DNA of 64,000 nucleotides from Octopus sinensis (lineage: Eukaryota): positions 27,466,001 through 27,530,000 of the forward strand of contig NC_043008.1 of NCBI RefSeq assembly GCF_006345805.1, in the 5' to 3' direction. This document shows, piece after piece, positions 39,100 through 52,949 of the stretch (the stretch's first letter is position 1; each line of letters starts with the position of its first letter). Below the pieces are notes generated by a model. The model did not search any database and was not told where the DNA came from. It was given only the letters and a program-made list of their open reading frames with translations. The position numbers and the translations under genes were made by a program.

Positions 39100-42000
39100 T
39101 CTCCTTCTTTCCACCTTGACCGACTCTACTAGCACTGTTCCATTTACTCTCAGCATCCTTACAACAGTCATCTATATTTTCGTGAACATTCCTTGGGACA
39201 GGCACTTTTTCTCCCGACGGATCTTACAAAGCCGGTGGTAGTTACAATAACTCACCTGCCCGCGTCCAGCGATAAAGTTGCCTGTTTCAATTCTCCTTGC
39301 ACGCTTCATCCATAATGTGTCTTTCAGTATGGCTACTACAAAGAAAGAGGACACCTTCTTTTCTTTGTTTAAAAAGGAAGGCTCTACAATCGTAATTATG
39401 GAATCAGTCGAGAACCGTACTCTTTCCGTCTCCGACACCAGTTGTTCGACATAGGTCAGCAGTTCCATCAGCTACTTACAATGTACGAAGGCATTTGCGA
39501 CAGTTTCACTGACGCGCCCACATGTGGGGCAGGTGTCAAACCCGTGTCCTAATAACCTCTCACGAACCGGCAAGGTCGATCAGTAGCGCAAACAAGAAAG
39601 TGATTTCTGGAAGTTATCCAGATACTTTGGCCCGGATGTCCTTTCAAACAGGCTGGTTAGCTGTTCCTCATCGAAGCATAGAGCCTCCCACAGGACGTCG
39701 TCTAATTCATATTCTACCAAACCTCTCTAAAAATTCGCAGTGGTAGCACCGCTGCCGGTACTGTTCGCTCGGGAGAAAAGAGTGAGTGCTTGTCTGCACT
39801 CCTTCCGCCACTCTCCAATTCTAGGTCTCCGCTTGACCCACGCGCCTATGTCCCGTAGGGATGTCAATTGTGGAAAAAAGAATTTTGCATGCGGTGACTA
39901 CACCTGTTCCCCATCCACGTAGCGCTAGAGATGTCTCAGGCTCAGCGCATATTTGCGCTTCATAAGACAAGGCATACCTATCCCTCCCTTTAATGGTTTC
40001 TGGCAGTAGATGAAGCGCCTCAAAAATAGTGTTTTCCCCTTCCACAAAAAGCGGAATAGGATCCGTTCCAACTTGGCCAAGCACACACCGGGCAAGGCAC
40101 GAGGATTAGGCGACAGTTTATCACAGGAGCTATAAACACCTGTACAACTTCGGCCCTCCCTAGCAAGGATAACGTCCTCCCAGACCAGGTCTGGGTTATG
40201 GCCGTCACTTTCCTCGCAACCTCACTCCAGTTTTTCTCCACCTGGAGATCTGGTCCAAACCAGACTCCGAGCAATTTAACCGGGCCCTCATTCCAGCGTC
40301 CGACGACGCTGTTGGGAAGCATCGACTTGCCCCGACTAGTATCAAGTTGCAAGCTGACTAATTTATCCTAGCTAATGTTTGCCCCTGTCACTGCTTCGTA
40401 TCCTTTGATGCCGTCTTCTACACGAGGTAGCTGCCCTTCATCACACACGATGATCGTGACATCATCAACATATGCCGTCTCTCTTCTACCGTAACATACA
40501 TCACGCAGGTCTTCCCACTCTCCACAGCAGTGGCTCAATAGCCACTACATACAGGAGCGGGGACAGGGGACAGCCCTGGCGAACTGAACGCTCGATCGCG
40601 AACGGGCTCGTGAAGAAACCGTTTACCCGGACAACTGATTCGATGTTGCTATACATGGCATCGATCCAGCCACGGAAAGTCGGGCCCACTTTGACCGCCC
40701 GGAGGACCACCGCCAAATACCGATCGTCAACCCTATCGAATGACTTAGAATAGTCTAAATTCCCCAGTGTCCCACCATTGCCAAGAACTTTATCCACTGG
40801 CTCTATGGTGTAGCGTATGTGGTGAAGGTTGTCGAGTATCGTCTGTCGTGGGATGGTATATGTCTTCGCCTCTCTCACCAGGTCGCCTACGACTAGCCTC
40901 ACTCACTTGGCTAATACTTTGGCCAAAATCAATATCTCTGTGTTTACCAGAGATTTGGGCCAGAGAGTATTTAAGTTATCCCTAGTGTTCGGTTCCTTCC
41001 GGACCAGTGACACTACTCCCCGGCTCACAGATTTGGGAATTATCTCATTCTGCTGCCAATTAGCGTATACACTAGCCAGAATGTTCCCGAACAAGTCTTG
41101 TATACTTTTACAAAATTCGTTCGGTAGACCATCCAATCCCGGCGACTTGTCTCCGGGGCACTCGGAAAGTACCTCTATAACCTCCGCAGCTACGATCGGC
41201 CCTTCACAGCGCTCAGTGTCACGAGCCGAGAGACGCGAGCAATCAGCCAGGAAATTTCGAAGGGCATCCCCATGGTCCAGCTCCCCACCTCTCCTGAACA
41301 ATGCAGTGAAGTGATCGCCAAATGCATAACATATCTCCTTGGATCTCCTGTCCATATTCATTTACCACAGACCTTATCGTAGCCTATATGCCATGTGGGG
41401 ATCTTATCGAGCGAGCCCACTCGGCAACCTTGATACCCTCGCGACCCAGTGCAAGTTCTTTTGCCACAACCCTGCATCCTTGGTTTTTGGTATTCAGGTG
41501 TCGATCCAAGGCCGATCTCGCCGCCAACTTGGGGTACAGAGCCTATTCTCAGCACCTGTTCTAACGCCTTAACGAGATTTCCTTCTACTCTAGTCTGTTC
41601 TAGACGTAACTGCTTGCTAAATATAAAAGACTCAAATAGAATGACTCTTTTGAGGGCACCCCACTCCCGGGTATTTATCACAGTGCCGATTAGTGACCTC
41701 ATTACTAACTCCTTAATCAGGCTACAGTAAGTTTCGCAATTCAATAGCAATTTTTTCAACTTCAAATAGCCACATCCCCCTCTATGGACTTTATTTACGT
41801 GCATTTGCACGTCACTAATTTGCGATCTGTGTAGGGCGTATAGGTGAACTGTGGACAACTAAAAGTAGACATATCTATAGAATTAACTTTATCCTATCTA
41901 TATACGGCCTGATTGATCGGTCGTTATTATCACAAGTCCACATTGGAACGCTCGGATTATGAAGTCTCTATCGATCTTCCACCATGTATTGCCTTAGTAG

Positions 42001-42487
42001 ATCGACGAGGAATTAGTTACATTTCCTGTGAATCGAACCAATGCTATCCTGGCGTGCTTCCAGAATAGCGTTAAAGTCTCGTAGCAAAACCAGTGTCCTT
42101 GACGTCACAAGAAAGTTCTCTAGGCGTTGATAGGCCTCATTCCGTTTGCCCGTTGTACCAGGTGCGCAAGTACCAATCAATTGAATGCTTTACCACTGAA
42201 CGTTACATTCAGAACAACCGACTCACCTTCTGAGTCCACAAAGATCGAACGTGTGTGCAGGGCCAAGCTTTTTCGGAGCAAGGCTACAACGCCCCACCTT
42301 CCTTCTCGTCGAACTAGGAGACATGACTTTCTCATAGCCATTCATGAGAGTCGAGAAGTCCTGCAGCTTGTCTATCTTGGTCTCTGTAGTAACCATAATA
42401 TCAGTTCTATGTGACCTGAGGTTGTTGAGAAAACTAGCTCGCTTCCAATTCGAACCAATTTAAACAACCTATAGAAAATGTAGCCAC
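39100..42487 (-). pseudogene. Tx1-like ORF2: apurinic-type endonuclease + reverse transcriptase, broken
   Basis: (GTG)ATFSIGCLN...TETKID...LRDFNAIL (APE); GCGYLKL; KSPGLDGLPNEF; ILAKVLAK; LDYSKSFDRVD; VRQGCPLSPLLY; AYVDDVTIIV; KLLGVWFG. Confidence 0.9.
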
Positions 42488-42488
42488 T

Positions 42489-43656
42489 TCAAGAAGTGAA
42501 AAGAAGGGAAAATGGGCTTACCTCCCCTAGCATCTTTCGAGGGGGATTCATCTCAGCACCACTGAGACCTTCCCCTTCCTTTCTTCTATGTTGGGTTCGG
42601 CCGTCGGGTCAAATAGTTTGAGAATTTCCTTTAGCTCTATAACGTCTCTGGCTTGACATCTCTTACGTTCTGTCCAGAGTTTGGGGGATATTTTCCCAAT
42701 TGAATTAATACTTTTATCGTCATTGTTCTGAAATATTTTAGATTGCAGGTGTGGTTTTATCATTCCTTCTAAAGTTTTTTTTATAAATTACCATCACCGT
42801 ATCTATCCTCTCGGGTATGTTTATTTTTATCATTTTACATTTGTTCTCCACCTTGTCTCCTTTTTCCGGTTCTTTTTCCTTGCTTGGTTCATTCTTCTTA
42901 ACAACCTTTTTCTTAGGAGCCGCCTCTTCATTCTTGGTTCTTGGTTGGCGACTCCACACTACTTGTGGTTGTTTTTTGAGTCATCGTCTGAAACTCCATA
43001 TTTTCTTCAGACAGTGTCCCTGTAGTCACTTCTGGTCTTCTCTTCTCCTCATTCTTGACGGCCACCCTCTGTGTAACAGCCTCCTTGGCTGGGGGCATCG
43101 CCTCTTCTTTTTCTTTTTCCCCTTGGGTTATTTTTTCATTTTCTTTCTCTTTGGGGCACTTCGACCGCAGATGAAGCACTTGGGTCGACGTCCCTCCACA
43201 TGTACTGCATGAGTTGTGTCCTCCCTGACGTGAATTTTCTCGGGGAGGATCTCCAAGTGTATTGTCATGGCCTGTGCCAAGATTTCCAGGGTTTGACCTC
43301 GCCAATTTTGTGGGGTCGAGCCAAGCTACTTCCACCTAGGGTAGATTGTTTTTGATTCGTATCCTGGACGTTCTGCGTCTAAGATATAACGGAAGCATTA
43401 TAATATTTCCACTTTGCAAGTCGAAAGCTCGCGACTCGAACCTTACTTCGATAGTAGCGAATCCAGTTCCTCGAGCCAAATATTTCATTTGATGCATGAT
43501 TGGCGCAAGGCACTTCTCCATAGTGTTCTCCTCTAAAGATTCCAGTTTCTTTTTTTCCACGTCATACGTCTTGTATACAATTGTCTTTTCTCTGGTTTTA
43601 TTGATTATTTCATTCAGGGGAGCAATTTTGCTCTCACCATTCTTGTCTGTAATCAT
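42489..43656 (-). pseudogene. Tx1-like ORF1 (gag-like), frameshifted
   Basis: Fragments ...KYLARGTGFATIEVRFES...LPLYLRRRTSRIRI, CSTCGG...HLRSKCP, and Lys/Glu-rich tracts. The stop codon lies immediately before the ORF2 start. Confidence 0.65.
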
Positions 43657-46600
43657 TCCGAAATACGTTTGTATCTCTTCCTTTTTTTAGAGTTATAGTT
43701 TCTAATCCTTCTACTACTACGGAGGCAAAATTCTTTTTTTGTGATTTTTTATTCCTGTTGAAGGCATTTTCTTTTAAATAACAGAAATGTTTCACACGAA
43801 AAGTTCACAACAGAGTTCACAAACATTTCACTAATCCTTTCCCCATGGGGAATATAAGTTTCACAATGCTCATGCTAAGCAACAATTAACAACATTTCCG
43901 TTATGGAAAACCACAGTAAAGCAAGTAAGAATCTGTGAGCAGGTAACGAATAAGTAACAAAAGTACAGTCGTAACGAAAGAATGTCGAAACACGTACATT
44001 CGCTGATTGACCTTACTGTGTCAGTCCACTATTTATTAGTAGCTCAGTTTTCACCTGGTGGGAGGGGTCATCCGGCACAACACGTTATTTGAAAGTATAC
44101 TATTCACTAAGTGATGTCCCTTTTTATAATAGGAATACTTAATTGCTTGTAGTTAATTTCTTTGATATAAAGTTTATCCTACCATACACTGAGTGATCGT
44201 CAGCTTATAGGGCATTCCATTCATTCTACGACATTAATTAGGAAACCCACTCTACTAGTATCAGTGAGATACAAAACTTTTTCCTGCAACGGGTCTTTCG
44301 TTACTATATGAGAGATGGCTAGCCGCTATTAGTCTAATTTTATATGTATCCTACTATTACTAGACAGTATACATATGTAAATATATACTGCTTGATAGAC
44401 GACTTTAGAATTGGGATACACACTAAGCTTCTCTGATATTTTCCAAGTAATTTGTGCCGTTTAACTTGATGGATATTCGATGTTTAAATATTTCCTTTTT
44501 TCTTGAAAACTGGAAAAGGAAGATTAGCTGAGACTTCATGAAAGTATTTTAAATGTAATTCTTTCTTTGTAGAGAGTCTGTATTTTACATATTCTGCTTT
44601 TATGACCGATTGCTAATACAAGATTATTAATATGGTTATAATGATTTTCCAGGTAGAACTAGAGAGGAAACTCAGTGAAGGAGGTGAATGTGTCCAACAA
44701 AATGAAGAGAAGAGAAACAAAACAAGCAGAAATTTTGTTTATGTATAATTCATTATACAACGCTACACTAGCGACATCAGTGGCAACAACATCGAAGAGA
44801 TCAACAAGGAAGGCAGTAACAACATAAAAGCAACAACGCTATCTAGAAAGAAAAAAAACGTGTGCAACATGACAAGGATAAACATATTTTTGTTAACTTA
44901 AACGACATATTTCTCCCAGGAGGAACTAAGACAAGAGGCAGCAACATATTTGTCACAGTAAACAAAACGGATTTCCTGATACAGCTGAAATTTAATCCAT
45001 AGGAAACATCATCGCTATTATCACTAGTTTAACAAGTTCTTCCGCAGCAAGGAACTACAACAATAACAACTTCGGAACTATCTACAAAAATATAAATACA
45101 ATCATTGCTAGAAAAGCGAAGAACATCGGTAAGTACAGAAATGTTAGCTCCAATATACAAAATCCGGTTTAGGAAAGACATATTTCAAGAACAACAGCAA
45201 CTTCATATGATGCGTTTTACTATCTGTATCAGCAGAGGAACTGGACAATATATATCCACCTGTGCCCTCTCAATTATATATGCTTCAAACCAAAACCTGT
45301 TAGTTTTGAAGTGCGAAGTGTGAATGATGCATCTCAATACCAGCAAGTGGATAGGATAAACGCAAAACCTGTCTCTCAAAATGTTCCACGAATACATTGC
45401 ATGACATATTAAACAAATTTAAGTTCCATCCACATAGAGAAAAAAATTAACCATGAAGCGATAAATAGATATCTGATGGTTACTAGCTTTATCATAATTT
45501 ATCAAGTGTAAGAATGGAACATGCAACATATGGAAAGATTCTTTTCTACTCTAGGCACAAGGCCCGAAATATTCGGGCATTGGACAAGTGTTGAGCAATT
45601 TTATTGCTCTGTCCATGTCTTTGAGCATTGCATGTCTGGCAGACATGGCTAACATCAATTCGTGGTGGGAAATATGTCCCAAATTTGCTCACCCTCTATT
45701 TCAGTAACAATACTAGGCCAAGGATTTCTGGAAGTTTTTGTAGGACAGCAAAACCCACTTTGTGAGGATATCAATTTGAGAGACTAACTAGAATAGAAAC
45801 TTGCCAAAGGATAGAGAATAACAGAAAAGAAAAAATGAAAAGAAAAATGTTGCATCTAATTATGGAGTTTGAAGAGGAGAAACAATCAATAAAACAATCA
45901 TATACTAATACAATGTCACACAGTTTTTGTGTACTTATGCTTATTGAATTTAAGCGAATTTGTATCAGTCCATTGACATGTTATCTAGATATGTTTTGTA
46001 GTCTAGCACATAGGGAGAGTGTAGGCTGCATACATTTTTGAATGGCTACTTACATAGATCAGAAGTGACCGGATGACCTAGATAAACGTTATCAATGATT
46101 TGGTTACTGAACGTCAAGGTTCCAGTAATCGAAGTAGTGAATTACTTGGGTCTGGTGGCACAACGGCTGATAGTTAATCCCGAAAGCGAGATTACTGTCG
46201 AATTGGTGGTTTGGAGAAGAAAGTAGAGATGGTAAAAGCTAGATTATAGGGAGGCTAAGAAATTTAGCAGTGACATATAAGAAATCATTGCAAACAACGT
46301 GCTGGATGTTAGATTCTATAATGCAAAGCTCTAAGCCATATTAACAGATCTCCAATACACAAATATAGGAATTCCTTCTGCTACAATTCAGTCTTTAACG
46401 AACAAAGGCACAATTCGAGCTCCGTTGCATGCTACAAGTTTCATAGCATTTGGTTGTGGATATTTAGCGGAATTTGCTCTGCTATTCGGAATAAGGGTGA
46501 ACCTGAAAGATGTGTTGGATTTTAGGGCTTGTCTCGGTGATGCGACGGAACTCTCAGCAGTAGAGGAACATTTTGCAGCAGAGGAAACGTTCGCGGATAA

Positions 46601-47149
46601 CATGAAATAAAGGAAACTATGTCTGTTATTATTTATATTATTGAAGCGTTTATGGCATCAGTAGCGCGTAAATTTCAGTTGAGTATAAGATTGTTCGTCT
46701 GTTAATTGTTGATTTTTTTTAATTGTCGACCAAAGGTATAAGTCGAGATAGTCTATTTCCGCTCATTTCGTTTTCAAATATGTTAGAGAGATTTTCCAAC
46801 ATTTTTACAAGCATGTAAACCTCCACAAATGGCTAAATGAAGAGAAAGTGATTGACTTGAAAATGCATTTGCGGCAACTGTATAAGTACTTCCTTTATTA
46901 ATGCAAATAATAGCACCAACATTATGACGATAAACAGCAGTAGAGGTACCAACAAATACAATAACAACAGCAATAATGCAAATGCAACAATATCAGTAGA
47001 AACAGCAAAAGTTAGCGTAGAAAGAATTCTGCTCTTAAAAATGAGACTGATGTTCTAACTGATGGCAGTTGAACGAGCATAAAAGTTGCACCACTAGGAA
47101 ATATTATTCACAAGAAAAAAAAAAGAAAACAATAACAGCAACAAATATA

Positions 47150-48100
47150 CCGAGTCAAATAGTTTAAGTGCTATTTCAGTTGTTTGTCAGAACAAAAAAG
47201 TTGCATAATGCTTGTATACTGTATTTCGATGTACTTCTTCCAGCGGTCCCCAAGCTTTATTTTTCCATCGGAGAAAGTTACCATCTGGTAATGCTACCAT
47301 TTATATATTGGTTTCCTGCAATATCCATAGCAAATCGTCTACCTCGTGAAAAATGCTTGAGTCGTCAAAAGAGACGATTGCCAGAATGGTTTCACGTTAC
47401 TGGTGTAAGTTACGTACGGTCCAGACAACCAATTTTTCAATGATTTCCACGGTGTGGGTGGGCGTATGTGGGCGTGCATTATCTCCAACAGCACATGATT
47501 TGACAAAAGACCTCAGTGTTCTGTTCGAAATGCTGGTTTCAGTTTATTGATCAATATTTCCCTGTAGCCTACACTGGTGAATGTAGAATTCTTTTCCATG
47601 TATAAGCCCTGTCGCATATCAAAAGGCAGTCAGTATCCTTGTTTTCTGCGGAATTTTGACTCTTGAATTTCTTTTTCGTTGGCGATTTCAGTTGTCTCCA
47701 TTCTATATTGTGACTGAAAGTGATGAACCTAGATCTAATATTCTTTGATTATTCTCTCCAAAAAAGGCTCGCCTTCACTGTTGTAGATGTAGGGTGAATG
47801 TCGACCGATCTCACACGATTGCGGTTAGGCGCTAAGCTCATTGGTCAACCCTCTCGCACAATTTTTACGGAAGCTTACTCTGTTGATGAATTCATATGCA
47901 GAATCATGAGTAATTCGCAGAGAACATGCCACTTCATCGATGATCTCTAGTCGTTTTAGCAGAATTATCTCTCGAGCTTATGGAATCTTGACGCTAGAGG
48001 TGGAGCTAATCGGCGTCCTGCTCCCTCTTCGCGATTCATGCTTGTCCGGGAAAATTTAGACTTCTCAATTCACTCATACACACATGTACACCGTAGAACT
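47150..48100 (-). mobile_element. Decayed mariner transposase relic (second family)
   Basis: Minus frames give AREIIL...IIDEVACSLRITHDSAYE..FRKNCAR and GDNARPHTPTHTVEIIEKL, followed by remnants of the C-terminus. TIRs were not confidently seen. Confidence 0.72.
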
Positions 48101-48273
48101 ATGATATTGCCAGCGATGGCACATGACATATAACGAGTACAAGTGCAGGCAATAAAATTTGAATTTGTAAAAGAAGATGAATAAATATCTGCCAGTATTT
48201 TACCGATTCTATTTTCTGTCTAGGTTTATATCTTTTTCTTTGACACTCTTTCTCTAATTCTTTCTCTGTAACC

Positions 48274-48304
<31 letters not shown>

Positions 48305-49379
48305 GCTCATTCAGTGAATATATTAATATATGCATCGACATAAATATGATAGTGGAATCTATGATTTTCATTCTTCACCGTGGCATTTATGTTCCAATCA
48401 TGGCATATTATTAAACATACACACTACGAATAACGTTCGTCTGAGCAGAATATTGCCATACAGCAGCTCAATCAAAAAGCAAAACATAAATACAGCTTTA
48501 ATAGTGATTCTTAATTTAACTTCTGACAGTATTTCGAGAGAAATGGGAATTTAGAATATATCCATTACACAATTCTCTGGCATATGAACAATATATATCA
48601 ATACATCAAGATCATCTGATGTGTGTGTATATTTGTCTGTGTGCGTGTAAGTATTGTGTACACCATCATGAATGAATAACAACACACACACACACACTCT
48701 GCCTCATTCTCCTACACGCACGAGCACACGCACACACACACACATATATATACATCCATACATTCATGTAAATGGTTTCGTTTACGCGTAGACATTATGT
48801 CAACTAACTCGACTGATTATCATTTTTGCTGCAGTCTTATTTCTACTGCGTGATTTCTTTCACAACACCGTATATCGTACGAGGTACTATAACTCTTGGA
48901 TGTGAGATTTGTTTTCTAAAGTTTTGTATCTCTATTCTGTTAAAACTCTTCGACGTAATAAATTCGTAGCTGTATAGTAGTATTTAATTTAATTTGCATC
49001 ATGTTGAAAATATTTGTTTGTTCTACGCTGGATATAAATGCTTTCTATATTCTTTACCCATTTCTACAATATATCCCACAATATATACACCTTGAAATTA
49101 TCTGAGTTATTTTCTGGTCTAGTATCATGTCATGACTTTTCTGATAGCTATATTTTACTATTTTTATATTATATCAACTTGCAAATATTTGAGTTAGGGG
49201 CATTCATTCTACGTCATATTTCGAGCAGTATCATCTACATATAGTAATTATATTCTTGGTAGTTTGCTTAGAGTTAAAATGAGATTATTATAACTATTAC
49301 ATCGATCTCCGTAATATTCTGCAATATTACTATCAATCTCGATAACAATTTAAAATGATATTATTATAACTATGCCCTC

Positions 49380-50810
49380 ATTCAGACCTTTCACATCGTA
49401 GTTCGTGCGGGATACATCTCAAAGTGGCTGGTTACCGCTAAGGTGGCTCAAGACTAGAAATGACACAAATTTGACACATCCGGTGCATAATACAGAAAAA
49501 TTCCCTTTGAGAGCAGATATTCAAACATCATCCAGTGTCGCTGTACCTTTCAGCAAACTAGATTCTGTAGATGGGATCGGAACTGGCTTCAATAATGACA
49601 GTAATCATGAATTAATGTTTGACACTGGCCAAATGTTTGAAAATACTTATTTTATCGGCTATCTACACATGCCATGTTCCCTACACACCTATATTGTGTA
49701 CCTCATGAAGTCGAGATATCTTGGATATAGCTGCGCATGATGGGCAGGTTTGTGCATGACTAAGTAAATTACCAAAGACAAGCGCTGTTATCTTCACTCA
49801 TATCTTCGCTAAAATCTTCAAATCGGTGCTTAGGAAAATTAGCATTGCAGTCATCTTTCTTCAGAGTATTTCTCAGTAGCAATACTACACCTTGGCTCAT
49901 ATAAATAGACTTCCATTCTTTTGCTACATGTGGTACAAATCTGTCAAGAAGTCGCCAAACAATTCCATCTTATAAAGATAAGGAGACCATTCAAACCAAG
50001 CGATTTTACCTCCATTTCTGTATTTCAGTGGTTGTTATCATCTTTGGGCAATACTCCATCTCCTTAGTCGAGAATTGCCGTAGCCCATCATGGTATGCAT
50101 TGAAGTCTATCTTGCCATCCGCCTTACACTTATCGTGAGCACACGAGCAAAGTGACACTGAAAAAATTCATATGTTTACTAAGATTCCAGTAGTACGTGC
50201 TCATTACTTTCCGTCAAAGACCGAATGGTGCCGTTCATGCCAATTTTAGCGTCTGCCATTCGTGCTTATCGAAAAGCTTTCCTAGGAGACCTTGCATTGG
50301 AGACTTTGTCCAGATGCAACTTAAGCTGTAAGGACGTCAGTCGTAACGCCTTCCCTAAGCATCACTTAAATATGTTGTTATTCTTTATCTAGATTGTATT
50401 ATGGCTATTTTCTTCCTAAAACTTCTCGAATTTAATGTGACCGTACCTTGAATAGGAACCACTATTTCCTGTTAGCAATTGCCCCCATCAACATGTGCTT
50501 AGCTAATTTGGTAATGCAGCACTTTATCTTGTTCGAGGACTCAAAACGCCTCGTCCTTAATGGTTCGTCAGTGATGCCACTCCCTTGTTATTGCTTTCAC
50601 TTCTGATGCATATAAATCTATCAGCTTACCATTTCCGATTAATTTAGGGTGGTTCCAACATCAAGTTTTCTGTATATCTAATCAGTTGATTTGTCTCGCA
50701 TGTTACATTGCTTGAACTGCATTCAGATGCCTTTATATATTTCTGCGTGTGTCATCTTAGATAAATTGTGGAACATTTAAGAATGGTTATCTTTTAAATT
50801 CCTCCAATCA
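49380..50810 (-). mobile_element. Second Tx1-like ORF2 relic
   Basis: LSTDLKILAKI*VKITALVFGNLLSHAQTC, GLNGL, VISSLEP are collinear with 40500-41300 of the larger Tx1 element. Confidence 0.65.
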
Positions 50811-51614
50811 CCACTTCATTACGAAGATGACAATATTACGAAGGAATTTGTTGTCATCTTTGAAATTTTGTGGTGATAAAAAATTCATTCTCGCCTCGAC
50901 CCGCATTAGCAAAACCATTGGTTTTTAAACGCTATAAAGGCGTTTTTATCGGCGTAAATGTTAACGCTTCTGATGTCTGGGTGCTCGTGTTTGTCATGTT
51001 GGTTTGCGTAAGGATTTTGCTGTTAATCTTATCATATTGCGAGTTGTTATTGTTGACTTATTTTTACTCTGTTCTTTTCTTTGGTCGTGGGACTTGCGGA
51101 GGAAATAGGGGTGTTTTAAATGTCACCCGCTCTTCTTTTTCACTTTTTACAATTTTTGCTGCAGATGATATTACCGTTATTACCATATAGCATCAGTGAA
51201 TAAAATATTTGACAGTTTCTGATACTTTTGGTATTTTGTTTGTGTGATATGTTGTTGTAGCTTGTGCTGCTACTGTTTCTATGGCTAGATTTTGGTTCAC
51301 AATTTGAGTAGTGAAAATAATCTGTGCGATATCCCTATTCTCGCTGTTCCAACCGATAACAAATCCTTCTATTTTGCGGCATGTTTGTATTTTTTTTTAA
51401 ATATTAGTTAGGCTCGATAACAATTTAAAAAATATAGCAACGAAGAACCAAAACAAGTGCAGCTGGTCACCTCCTCATAATTCTGGTGAGTTAATAAGAA
51501 ATTTCACTATACACTTTTTAAATCACAGGTAAAGAAACAGAATATTATAGATAACATAAATGTCCTTAAGCCGATGAAAATTGAAAACAAGACAACAAAT
51601 AGCAGCAATAATAA

Positions 51615-51770
51615 TGGTGTGACATTTTAGCACAAGGCCTACAATTTTAGAGTGGGCAGTTAGTCTATTACATCGATCTCCGTAATATTCTGCAATATTA
51701 TTATCAATCACAAAATGACGAAAGGCAAGTCAACCTCGGCTCAATTTCAACTAAGAAGGTAAATATCTCG
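51615..51770 (-). mobile_element. Degenerate SINE (second family)
   Basis: ttttagcacaaggcc..caatttt...tattacatcgatc...gacgaaaggcaagtcaacctcggc..aatttcaact is the reverse complement of the family pattern. Confidence 0.5.
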
Positions 51771-51844
51771 AAGAAGGGCCACTATTTTCTATTGAGTGGA
51801 GGGTCTAGTTGATAGCATTGAAATTAGTACTTAATTGATACTTT

Positions 51845-52274
51845 ATGCTGCATAACTCCATATTTTTACAGTCCACTCGTGAATTTGGATGATCATAACT
51901 TTCAGGAAAAATGGATATTGTTTAATGAAATTTTCTACCAACATGTGATATATCATGTAGATTCTGAATGTACAAAACGTTTCGGGGAAAGTGTTTTAGG
52001 AGGGGTGGAGTTGAGGAATTTCTGAAACTTTACCGGAGTCCATTTCTGTTCGCCTTAACTTTCAAGAAAATGGATATTTTTAAATGAAATTCTCTACAAA
52101 TATACCTAACACTATGTAAAATTCCGAGAGCATAGGGATGTGGAGGACAGAAACAATTGAGGTTTATTTCTGAGAACCGTTTCCCACTTTTTGAGTACCG
52201 GTCTTTCGGAACATGTTGTTCATATTTGTTTCATTTTTTTCTGTTTTGTACGTTTGTGCATCCGTAGATTTCTA

Positions 52275-52321
<47 letters not shown>

Positions 52322-52949
52322 ACACTCACACACACAACCACACACACAACGCTCACACAACGCACATACACACGCCCATAAACGCACATGTAATTTAAAG
52401 ACATTCAAACGGGGAATTATTCCATTCAATATAGTGTTTATTTTAAAGAGTATGTAACAAATTATACTCTACACTTCGATATTTAACTGTGCGTGTATAT
52501 TCCTTATTTTTGCTTCTTGTGTCTTCTGCCTTTCTTGTACGGATGCACAAACACACAAAACGGAGAAAATGAAGCAAATACAGACGACTTGTTCGGACCC
52601 GACCCCTCCGAGTGGGTAACAATTCTCGGAAATAACCCCCAATTGTCCCCACCAATTCCCATATCCTCGAAATCTACATAGTCTGAAGTATATTTGTAGA
52701 GGTTTTCATTAAAAAAATATCCATTTTCTTGAAAGTTAAGACGAATTGAAATGGACTCCATTGAATTTTCCGAAATTTCCCAACTACCCCTCCTAAGACA
52801 CTCCCCCACTAAAAAATGTCCTGTATTCGGAATCTAGATGATATAACACATCTTGGAAGAAATGTTGTTAAAAAGTAATATCCATTTCTCTAAAAGTCAT
52901 GATCATTGAAATTCGGTGGTGTGTAGAAATCTGGAGTTATGCCCTTTAA
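51845..52949. mobile_element. Non-autonomous foldback DNA element with ~410-bp modular TIRs (possibly Kolobok-like, TTAA at right end)
   Basis: Arms 51850-52266 and 52538-52945 are inverted (gcataactcc / ggagttatgc at the outer ends; tttgtgcatccgta / tacggatgcacaaa at the inner ends). Each arm has two ~160-bp subrepeats starting aactttca.gaaaa.tggatatt. The spacer holds (CA)n. Confidence 0.7.

Larger units (their letters stand above)
39015..43990 (-). mobile_element. Full-length but decayed Tx1-like (L1 clade) LINE, two ORFs
   Basis: ORF1 remnants with a degenerate Cys/His knuckle, then ORF2 APE + RT + C-terminal Cys motif. The 3' end has AATAAA and an A-run at ~39015-39026. Many stops and frameshifts. 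Confidence 0.88.

Noticed and set aside
42470-42530. Intron-like GTAAG...polypyrimidine...TAG between Tx1 ORF1 and ORF2
   Set aside because: The same bases encode the end of ORF1 (GEVSPFSLLFTS*) and the expected APE start (ATFSIGCLN). Splicing is not needed to explain them.
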